The notes beneath the pieces were generated by a model, which had not been told where the DNA came from, ran no database searches, and saw only the letters and a program-made list of their open reading frames with translations. Both the position numbers and the translations under genes were made by a program. From positions 300,001 through 332,000 of the forward strand of contig NC_014033.1 in the NCBI RefSeq assembly GCF_000025925.1: 32,000 nt of DNA, written 5' to 3'. Each line of letters starts with the position of its first letter. The stretch's first letter is position 1. This DNA comes from Xylanibacter ruminicola 23 (GTDB taxonomy: Bacteria; Bacteroidota; Bacteroidia; Bacteroidales; Bacteroidaceae). Positions 7,613 to 14,378 of this stretch are shown in pieces.

Positions 7613-8512
7613 TTAGCCTTTTCTGAATTCCATCGGTGTCATGCCGAAGTGGTCCTTTACGTACTTACCAAAGAACGATGGGTTAGGGAATCCAAGCTGG
7701 TTGCATATCTGCTTGATGCTCAGGTCGGTCTGCTTCAGATAGTAGCGTATGTCCTCCAATACATGTTCGGTAATCCACTCGTTGGCCGTTTTACCCGAAT
7801 TCTTTTTGCAGATGGTGGTAAGATATTTGGGCGAGATGTACAAATCGTTGGCATATGCCTCAACGGTGCGATGCTTCACATCGGTAGAGTGCAGCAGGTC
7901 GAGAAAACGCTGGAAGTGACTTTTTCCAGTTGATAATTGATAATTGATAATTGACAATTGATTATCATTTTGCGACAGCATCCACTTCATGGTGCCACAA
8001 AGACCAAGGATGGCCGAACGGAGCAAAGCCTGGATAATCTCAGTGTGATAAGGGTTCTCCTTGCCTTTCTCAATGGCCAGCGTGAGCATGTCGTAGAAGT
8101 GGGTGTAGAATAGAATCTCGTCTTCGTCCATCGTTACGATATGCTGGCGATGGATATACATCATGTCGTTCCAAACGCTGATTTTCTCGTTCAGGAAACT
8201 ACGCAGAATACGGTTGGTAAGGAACATACCTTTTACGTCGAAGTCGGGACTTACCATCACATCGGTCACCGTTACGTTCTGTGGGATAATGGCAATCTGA
8301 TTTCTATGTAGTTCCATCTGTATGCCGTTCATCTGTGCCTGCGCTTTTCCGCTGGTACAAATCACAATGGTGTTCATGCCCACATGAGCGCTGCTTATCT
8401 GCGTAAACTGCTGGATACTATCCACAACCACAATTTCGTTGTCCGAATAGCCAATCTGTACGTCCTCGTTGTTAGCTAATGACTGAATTGTAATCTCTTC
8501 TTGTTGTTTCAT
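7613..8512 (-). CDS. AraC family transcriptional regulator
   Basis: The C-terminal HTH_18 region reads YANDLYISPKYLTTICKK...IKQICNQLGFPNPSFFGKYVKDHFGMTPMEFR, and the N-terminal domain is sensor-like. It ends 27 nt upstream of the oxidoreductase ATG, so the two are probably co-transcribed. Confidence 0.88.
   Translation of the reverse strand: MKQQEEITIQSLANNEDVQIGYSDNEIVVVDSIQQFTQISSAHVGMNTIVICTSGKAQAQMNGIQMELHRNQIAIIPQNVTVTDVMVSPDFDVKGMFLTNRILRSFLNEKISVWNDMMYIHRQHIVTMDEDEILFYTHFYDMLTLAIEKGKENPYHTEIIQALLRSAILGLCGTMKWMLSQNDNQLSIINYQLSTGKSHFQRFLDLLHSTDVKHRTVEAYANDLYISPKYLTTICKKNSGKTANEWITEHVLEDIRYYLKQTDLSIKQICNQLGFPNPSFFGKYVKDHFGMTPMEFRKG
7930..7964. repeat. Heptamer tandem array inside the AraC CDS: TTGATAA x3, then TTGACAA, then TTGATTA
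   Basis: Read directly. It is translated on the minus strand as NQLSIINYQLS, in the linker between the sensor and HTH domains. Confidence 0.9.
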
Positions 8513-8516
8513 GTGG

Positions 8517-8524
8517 CAAAATTA
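8517..8524 (-). promoter_or_regulatory. Candidate -7 box (TAATTTTG) for araC-like gene
   Basis: The plus strand reads CAAAATTA, only 4 nt upstream of the ATG at 8512. This implies a leaderless or near-leaderless mRNA. Confidence 0.45.
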
Positions 8525-8550
8525 ATCATAATTTCGCATATCTGGTGTTT

Positions 8551-8599
8551 TATTTAGTGTTTTTTATGTTCTATTTGGTGGTGTGTGGTTAATTTGGTA
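8551..8599 (+). promoter_or_regulatory. Three direct repeats: TATTTAGTG (8551), TATTTGGTG (8572) and AATTTGGTA (8591). The spacing is 21 and 19 bp. They are a candidate regulator-binding array.
   Basis: Read directly. They lie in the divergent region between the AraC gene and the RND operon. Confidence 0.35.
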
Positions 8600-8643
8600 A
8601 TATAAGTGGTGAAATCGGATATAGATAATGATTGATTTTGCAC

Positions 8644-8651
8644 TACCTTTG
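8644..8651 (+). promoter_or_regulatory. Candidate -7 box (TACCTTTG) for the RND efflux operon
   Basis: Exact TAnnTTTG match ending 20 nt upstream of the ATG at 8672. Confidence 0.5.
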
Positions 8652-8671
8652 CAACCAGAATTAAATATTTG

Positions 8672-9691
8672 ATGATGAAAAAGAGTATTTTGATGCTGCT
8701 GGGCGTGATGCTGATAAGTAGCTGCACAAGTAAGAAGGAGCAGAACACAAAGGCTCCTACGAGAGTTGAAACAGAAGTGGTATCTACTGCTATGAATGCA
8801 AGTGGACAGTCGTATGTAGGTATGGTAGAGGAGTGTGAGGCTACTGCCGTTAGTTTTACGGGCATGGGCGTGGTAAAGCGCATGCTGGTAAACGAAGGAC
8901 AGGCAGTGAGTCGCGGACAGCTGATAGCCGAGATGGACGACACGCAGGCGCGTAACCTATTAAGTGGTGCCGAGGCTCAGATGACGCAAGCCAATGATGC
9001 CCTGACACGCTACAAGATGCTGCACGATAACGGATCGCTACCCGAGGTGCAGTGGGTTGAGATACAGAGCAAGGTGGCTCAGGCCAAGTCGCAACTGGAG
9101 GTGGCTAAGAAGAATCTGGCCGATTGCCGATTGGTAGCCCCTGTGAGTGGTATCGTTGGCAAGCGCCTGGTAGGTGCTGGCGAAACGGCTATGCCCTCGC
9201 AGGCGGTAGTCAGCATTCTCGATATCTCAACCGTTAAGGTAAAGGTGGCCATCCCCGAGGCCGAAATCAGTGGTATTGGTGCCAACACCTCGTCGACCAT
9301 CAAGGTCGAGGCCGTGAATGGCAGTTTTACTGGTGGACGGATTGAAAAAGGTGTGCAGGCCGATGCGCTCACACATACCTATGATATACGCATACACGTG
9401 GCCAATGGCAATCGCAAGTTGCTGCCTGGTATGGTGGCATCGGTTCAGTTTGGCAATTTAGAGAAACCCACCAAGGAGCTGAGCGTGCCCGTAACAGCTG
9501 TGCAGCGCAAGGCTGATGGCTCGCTGTTTGTATGGACGATTGCCAACGACAGTACCGCCCACCGTGCCATCGTACGCACGGGCGAAACGATGGGCAACCG
9601 CATTGCCATTACTGATGGCATGACCGAAGGTGCTCGTGTAGTTACCGAGGGTTATCAGAAACTTAGTGAAAACACCAAGGTGGTTTATTGA
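8672..9691 (+). CDS. Efflux RND transporter periplasmic adaptor subunit (membrane fusion protein), a lipoprotein
   Basis: The lipobox is LISSC. The body is HlyD/MFP-like, with a coiled-coil (AQMTQANDALTRYKML...KSQLEVAKKNL) and beta-barrel segments. The ORF-track start at 8669 is a TTG, so I use the ATG at 8672. Confidence 0.88.
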   Translation: MMKKSILMLLGVMLISSCTSKKEQNTKAPTRVETEVVSTAMNASGQSYVGMVEECEATAVSFTGMGVVKRMLVNEGQAVSRGQLIAEMDDTQARNLLSGAEAQMTQANDALTRYKMLHDNGSLPEVQWVEIQSKVAQAKSQLEVAKKNLADCRLVAPVSGIVGKRLVGAGETAMPSQAVVSILDISTVKVKVAIPEAEISGIGANTSSTIKVEAVNGSFTGGRIEKGVQADALTHTYDIRIHVANGNRKLLPGMVASVQFGNLEKPTKELSVPVTAVQRKADGSLFVWTIANDSTAHRAIVRTGETMGNRIAITDGMTEGARVVTEGYQKLSENTKVVY

Positions 9692-9692
9692 T

Positions 9693-9756
9693 TTGACAAT
9701 TGGACCATTTACGATTGGACAATTAAATAGTGAAATTGTAAAATAGTGAAATTGTA
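9693..9756. repeat. Intergenic repeat block: TTGACAATTGGACC...ATTGGACAATT (9693-9724), then a perfect 16-bp tandem duplication AAATAGTGAAATTGTA x2 (9725-9756)
   Basis: Read directly. It fills almost all of the 66-nt gap between the adaptor stop and the pump ATG (9758). Confidence 0.85.
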
Positions 9757-9757
9757 A

Positions 9758-12700
9758 ATGAAAAATGTGAATTGGCTCCGATGGCCTTTGGAGCATTACT
9801 CGATAACATTGCTCATCATCGGCATATTGTTTGTGATGGGCATCTACGGCATGTATATTATGCCTAAGGACGAATTCCCCCATGCCACCATCCGTCAGGG
9901 TGTGGTAGTGGCAGTATATCCTGGTGCCACCAGCGAGGAGGTGGAACAGCAAGTGGCCCGTCCGCTTGAGCGTTACCTATTTACCTATGGTGAGGTGAAC
10001 CGTGTAAAAACCACCACACAGAGTCAGAATGGCATGTGTATCGTGATGGTGAAACTGAACGACGACGTGAACAATAAGGACGAGGTGTGGAGCAAAATCA
10101 AACATGGACTGAATGGTTTTAAGGCGCAGTTGCCAAGTGGTGTGCTGGCCATCGTGGTGAACGATGACTTTGGCAACACCTCGGCCCTGCTCATCGCCAT
10201 CGAGAGCGACCAGCGCAGCTATCGTGAGTTGAAACAGTATAGCGACGACCTGAGCGATCGTCTGCGTCGCATCCCCTCGGTAGCCAACGTGAAACTGTTT
10301 GGCGAACAGAAGGAGCAGATCTCGCTCTATATCGATCGCCAGCGCATGCAGGCCTATGGTATTGGTCAGCAGATGCTTTTCTCGCGCCTACAGGCACAGG
10401 GCATCACCACCATGAGTGGCGCTATCAGCGACGACGACCAGCAGATACCCATCCACGTTGAGGCTCAGGAAAACTCCGAGGAGGAGATAGCCAACCAGAT
10501 TATCTTCAGCGACCCAGTGACAGGTAAGGTGGCACGTGTTCGCGATGTGGCCCGTGTGGTGCGCGAGTATGAGCCAAACGCCAGTCGTATTGAGCAGGAC
10601 GGACACCCTTGCGTGCTGCTCTCGATGGAGATGACGCCTGGTAACAATGTGGTGCAGTATGGCGAGCAGGTGGATAAAGTACTGAAGGAGTTCAGTCTGA
10701 ACGAACTGCCCGAGGACGTAAAGGTTACCCGCATTGCCGATAAGCCCAAAGTGGTAGCGATGAGTGTGAGCGATTTCTTGCGCGATCTGCTGATATCGAT
10801 GGCTATCATCATCCTGGTGATGATGGTACTGTTCCCTCTGCGTTCGGCTATCGTGTCGGCCATCACCATTCCCTTGAGTACCTTTGTGAGTGTGGCAATC
10901 ATGTATATTATGGGCATCGAACTGAACATCGTGACGTTGGCAGCGCTCATTGTGGTGTTAGGAATGATTGTTGATAATTCGATTGTGGTGATTGATGGTT
11001 ATCTGGAATATCTGGGTAAAGGTTTCAAGCCTTTCGATGCCGCCATCGAGTCGGCCCGACAGTACTTCATGCCTATGCTGCTGGCCACCATCTGTATCTG
11101 TGCCATCTTCTATCCGTTCCTCATCACCATGAAGGGTATGTTCCACGATTGTTTGGAGGACTTCCCCGTTACCATTACCATCAACCTCATGGTGTCGCTG
11201 GTGCTGGCCGTAACGGTGATTCCGTTCCTCGAAACACGTATCATCAAGCCCGGCAAGGTGAGCACCGATGGTAATGCGATAACAAAATGGGTGCAGAAAA
11301 CCTACAATAAGGTGCTTGATTTTACCTTTGCACACCCTTGGTTAACCATTGGTGGTGGTATTGGCGTTATTCTGCTGTCGACGTTGATTGCTCCTACGCT
11401 GAAGATACGTCTGTTCCCATATGCCGATCGCGACCAGTTTGCCGTAGAGATATTTTTACCCGAGGGTAAGGGCATGGCCGAGACCGAGGTGATTGCCGAT
11501 TCTGTGCAGCATGTGTTGGCAAAGGACGAACGTATCACAGGCATCACGGGCTTTATCGGCTGTTCGTCGCCACGATTCATGGATGCCTATGCACCCCAGA
11601 TGGCTGGTAATAACTATGCGCAGTTTATCGTGAATACCAAGAGCAATAAGGCTACGCTCGACCTCTTGGCGCAATATCAGCCCCAATTGAGCGAGGCGTT
11701 CCCCAACGCTTACGTCAAGTTCAAACGTTTGGACTATCTCGAAGTATCCGAACTGGAGTATCGCTTCTATGGCGACAACCTCGACTCGCTGCATGTGGTA
11801 GTCGAGCGACTGATGGAACGCATGCGGAAGATGCCCGAACTGGAGTGGGTACATACCGACTATCTGCAGCCGTACCCCATCATCAATGTCGAACTCGATC
11901 CTGTTACTTCGGCCCAGTTAGGCATCACCCGTACCACCGCCCAGCTGGCTTTGAGTGCCACATCTTCCGACCTGCGTGTGGGACAGATTTGGGAGAAAGA
12001 TTATGAACTACCCATTGTGGTGAAGGACGATGCTGATATGACCTTCTCAGACATCGCGAACCTGGGTATCGCATCGCCCGCATCAATGGTGTCGGGAGGT
12101 CTGCGCAGTACCAATTCCACCGTTCCGTTGCGCCAGATAGCCAAGGTGCAACCCAAGTGGAGCGAGAGTCGCATCATGCATCGTGGTGGCGAACGTTGTA
12201 TCACCGTTACTGCCCAGTTTGCACAAGGCGTATATACCGCACCTGTAGAGAAGGAGATTGCCCGTATGATGAACGAGGAGATAAAACTGCCACAGGGCGT
12301 CCGTGCCGAGGTGGGCGGCGAGATAGAATATGGAGACGAGGCCATGCCGCAGATTATTGGTGGCATCACCATTGCACTGATCATCGTGTACTTCTTCCTG
12401 TTGTTCAACTTCAAGAAGTATGGTGTTACCACCGTTTGTATGGCAGCTTTGGGATTGATGATTCCTGGAGCGCTCATTGGTCTCGGACTGATGAATCGCG
12501 CCCTTGGTCTGACCTCTATCTTCGGACTCATCACGCTGATGGGAATGATTATGCGTAACGAAATCCTGATTTTCGAGCACGCGATTGACTTGATTAAGAA
12601 GCATGTGGCCGAACATGGCGACTGGAAAACAGATCGCCAGGCTTATAACGCCGCTGTGCGCCAGGCAGCCTACGATGCCGGTAAGCGTCGTATGGTGCCC

Positions 12701-12868
12701 ATTTTCCTCACTACGGCAACCACTGCCGTTGGTGTGGTGCCGATGATTATCGCCCAGAGTTCGTTCTGGATGCCCGTGGGTGTAACCATCTTTGCAGGTG
12801 GTATCGGCTCGCTCATCATGGTAGTCACCATGCTACCCGTTATTTATTGGAAGGTTTCGACTAAGTGA
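9758..12868 (+). CDS. Efflux RND transporter permease subunit (AcrB/AcrD/AcrF family)
   Basis: 1036 aa, with 12-TM architecture and two large periplasmic loops. The N-terminus is typical (LLIIGILFVMGIYGMYIMPKDEFP). Confidence 0.92.
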   Translation: MKNVNWLRWPLEHYSITLLIIGILFVMGIYGMYIMPKDEFPHATIRQGVVVAVYPGATSEEVEQQVARPLERYLFTYGEVNRVKTTTQSQNGMCIVMVKLNDDVNNKDEVWSKIKHGLNGFKAQLPSGVLAIVVNDDFGNTSALLIAIESDQRSYRELKQYSDDLSDRLRRIPSVANVKLFGEQKEQISLYIDRQRMQAYGIGQQMLFSRLQAQGITTMSGAISDDDQQIPIHVEAQENSEEEIANQIIFSDPVTGKVARVRDVARVVREYEPNASRIEQDGHPCVLLSMEMTPGNNVVQYGEQVDKVLKEFSLNELPEDVKVTRIADKPKVVAMSVSDFLRDLLISMAIIILVMMVLFPLRSAIVSAITIPLSTFVSVAIMYIMGIELNIVTLAALIVVLGMIVDNSIVVIDGYLEYLGKGFKPFDAAIESARQYFMPMLLATICICAIFYPFLITMKGMFHDCLEDFPVTITINLMVSLVLAVTVIPFLETRIIKPGKVSTDGNAITKWVQKTYNKVLDFTFAHPWLTIGGGIGVILLSTLIAPTLKIRLFPYADRDQFAVEIFLPEGKGMAETEVIADSVQHVLAKDERITGITGFIGCSSPRFMDAYAPQMAGNNYAQFIVNTKSNKATLDLLAQYQPQLSEAFPNAYVKFKRLDYLEVSELEYRFYGDNLDSLHVVVERLMERMRKMPELEWVHTDYLQPYPIINVELDPVTSAQLGITRTTAQLALSATSSDLRVGQIWEKDYELPIVVKDDADMTFSDIANLGIASPASMVSGGLRSTNSTVPLRQIAKVQPKWSESRIMHRGGERCITVTAQFAQGVYTAPVEKEIARMMNEEIKLPQGVRAEVGGEIEYGDEAMPQIIGGITIALIIVYFFLLFNFKKYGVTTVCMAALGLMIPGALIGLGLMNRALGLTSIFGLITLMGMIMRNEILIFEHAIDLIKKHVAEHGDWKTDRQAYNAAVRQAAYDAGKRRMVPIFLTTATTAVGVVPMIIAQSSFWMPVGVTIFAGGIGSLIMVVTMLPVIYWKVSTK

Positions 12869-12907
12869 GAGAAGTAAGAGCTTGCTCTCACTTCCGAACG
12901 TGAGAAA
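12863..12907 (+). other. Intercistronic RNA structure with competing stems. AAGTGAGAG (12863-71) and AAGTAAGAG (12872-80) can each pair with CTCTCACTT (12885-93). CTCTCAC can also pair with a downstream GTGAGA (12899-12904).
   Basis: The complementarity was read directly. The structure overlaps the pump stop codon (12866-12868) and lies about 35 nt upstream of the OMF start. Confidence 0.45.
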
Positions 12908-12940
12908 GCTCAACGTAGTTAAAGTAAGTACTAAGTAATT

Positions 12941-14326
12941 ATGAAAAAGATATTATCACTGATAGCCTTAGGCTGCGTAATGTCAGCCTCGGCTCAGACT
13001 TATACCCTAGAGCAGATTAAGGATTCTGCTTTACAAAACAACTTTGCCATCCGCAGCGCCAAATATGGCGTTGAGGCTGCCCAACAGCAGCGCAAAGAGG
13101 CGTTTACCAAGTATTTCCCTAGTGTGAGTGGTACAGGCGTGTGGTTTAATGCCAACAAGGGTATGGCGCAGACCACCATCAACCCTTCGGCTAGTATATC
13201 ACCCGAGCTGGGTGCTGCTTTGGCTCAGTCGCTGCCCCAAGAGGCATTGGCTGCCTTAGCTAATCCCATCAGCATCTCGATGATGAAGAATGGTACCATT
13301 GGCTCGTTGATGGCGGTGCAGCCCGTATTTGCTGGCGGACAGATTGTCAACGGCAACAAACTGGCTAAAGTAGGCGAGGAGGTGAGTAAGCTGCAGTTAC
13401 AACTGTCGGAAAACGAGGTGGAGAAGACAGCCGAACAGTACTTCTGGCAGTTAGCCTCGTTGCAGGAGAAGATGAACACCATTAATGCTGTAGATACGTT
13501 GCTGCGCGATATCCATAAAGATGTGGATGTGGCCGTGCGTGCAGGTGTGGCCATGCGTAACGATCTGTTGCAGGTACAACTGCGCCAGAACGATATTCAG
13601 AGTCAGCGCCTGAAGTTGCAGAATGGCATCTCTATCGTTCGTTTGTTGTTGTCGCAATACTGCGGCCTCCGCGATACGTCGTTCGCCATTGACCATTCTT
13701 CATTGACCATTGACCATTCTGCTACGCAAATGGAGAAGGCTAATAATGGTCAATTGTCAATGTTCCGCTCCAGCTCTGCTGGCTTGCAAGGCAAGAATGT
13801 TCAATGTTTGCCCGAGTATCAACTCCTGGATAAGCAGGTTGAGGCCGCCCATCTGCAGAAGAAACTGACTGTAGGACAGCAGCTGCCAACCGTAGCTGTG
13901 GGTGCCGGTTATAACTACCACAATTTGTTAGATAATAACCACTCGTTTGCCATGGTGTTTGCCACTGTTACTGTGCCCATCAGCGATTGGTGGAGTGGCT
14001 CTCATGCCATCAAGCGTAAGAAGATTGAACATCAGAAAGCCGTTGAGCAGTTGGAGGACAATGCCCAACTGCTGAAAATCCGCATGCAGAATGCCTGGAA
14101 TGGGGTAGAGGAGAGCTATCAGCAGTTGCAACTGGCCAAACGCAGCATCGAACAGGCCGACGAGAACCTGCGCTTGAACCGCAACTACTATCGTGCCGGC
14201 ACCTCAAAGATGAGCGATTTGCTCGAAGCCCAATTGCTTTATCAGCAAGCACTCGACAAGCATACCGATGCCTTCGCCGACTATCAGAACAAACTCCTGG
14301 AGTACAAACAAGCTACAGGTCAGTAG
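12941..14326 (+). CDS. Efflux transporter outer membrane factor (TolC family)
   Basis: A signal peptide is present. The two halves are both TolC-like (LEQIKDSALQNNFAIRSAKY...; LPEYQLLDKQVEAAHLQKKL...), and the C-terminal coiled-coil reads LLEAQLLYQQALDKHTDAFADYQN. Confidence 0.88.
   Translation: MKKILSLIALGCVMSASAQTYTLEQIKDSALQNNFAIRSAKYGVEAAQQQRKEAFTKYFPSVSGTGVWFNANKGMAQTTINPSASISPELGAALAQSLPQEALAALANPISISMMKNGTIGSLMAVQPVFAGGQIVNGNKLAKVGEEVSKLQLQLSENEVEKTAEQYFWQLASLQEKMNTINAVDTLLRDIHKDVDVAVRAGVAMRNDLLQVQLRQNDIQSQRLKLQNGISIVRLLLSQYCGLRDTSFAIDHSSLTIDHSATQMEKANNGQLSMFRSSSAGLQGKNVQCLPEYQLLDKQVEAAHLQKKLTVGQQLPTVAVGAGYNYHNLLDNNHSFAMVFATVTVPISDWWSGSHAIKRKKIEHQKAVEQLEDNAQLLKIRMQNAWNGVEESYQQLQLAKRSIEQADENLRLNRNYYRAGTSKMSDLLEAQLLYQQALDKHTDAFADYQNKLLEYKQATGQ
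13687..13762. repeat. In-frame repeat insertion in the OMF CDS. A heptamer array CATTGAC/CATTCTT x5 (13687-13721) is followed by an inverted copy. The arms at 13701-13718 and 13745-13762 are 17/18 complementary around a 26-nt loop.
   Basis: Read directly. It encodes IDHSSLTIDHSATQMEKANNGQLSM between the two TolC half-repeats. Confidence 0.85.
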
Positions 14327-14334
14327 ATATAAAA

Positions 14335-14367
14335 AATCCCAAAGCAAAACGAAAAAGCTTTGGGATT
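14335..14367. terminator. Bidirectional intrinsic terminator hairpin: AATCCCAAAGC / GCTTTGGGATT, an 11-bp perfect stem with an 11-nt loop
   Basis: It lies between the convergent OMF stop (14326) and GH127 stop (14379). A-run and T-run sequences flank it. Confidence 0.8.
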
Positions 14368-14378
14368 ATATGATTCTT

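Noticed and set aside
8554-8943. 129-aa minus-strand ORF spanning the AraC/efflux intergenic region and the adaptor 5' end
   Set aside because: It overlaps the promoter region and lies antisense to the adaptor signal peptide, with no motifs. It is most likely spurious.
10191-12616. Multiple minus-strand and alternative-frame ORFs of 68-177 aa within the RND pump gene
   Set aside because: They are shadow ORFs inside a 1036-aa gene with a clear AcrB-like sequence.
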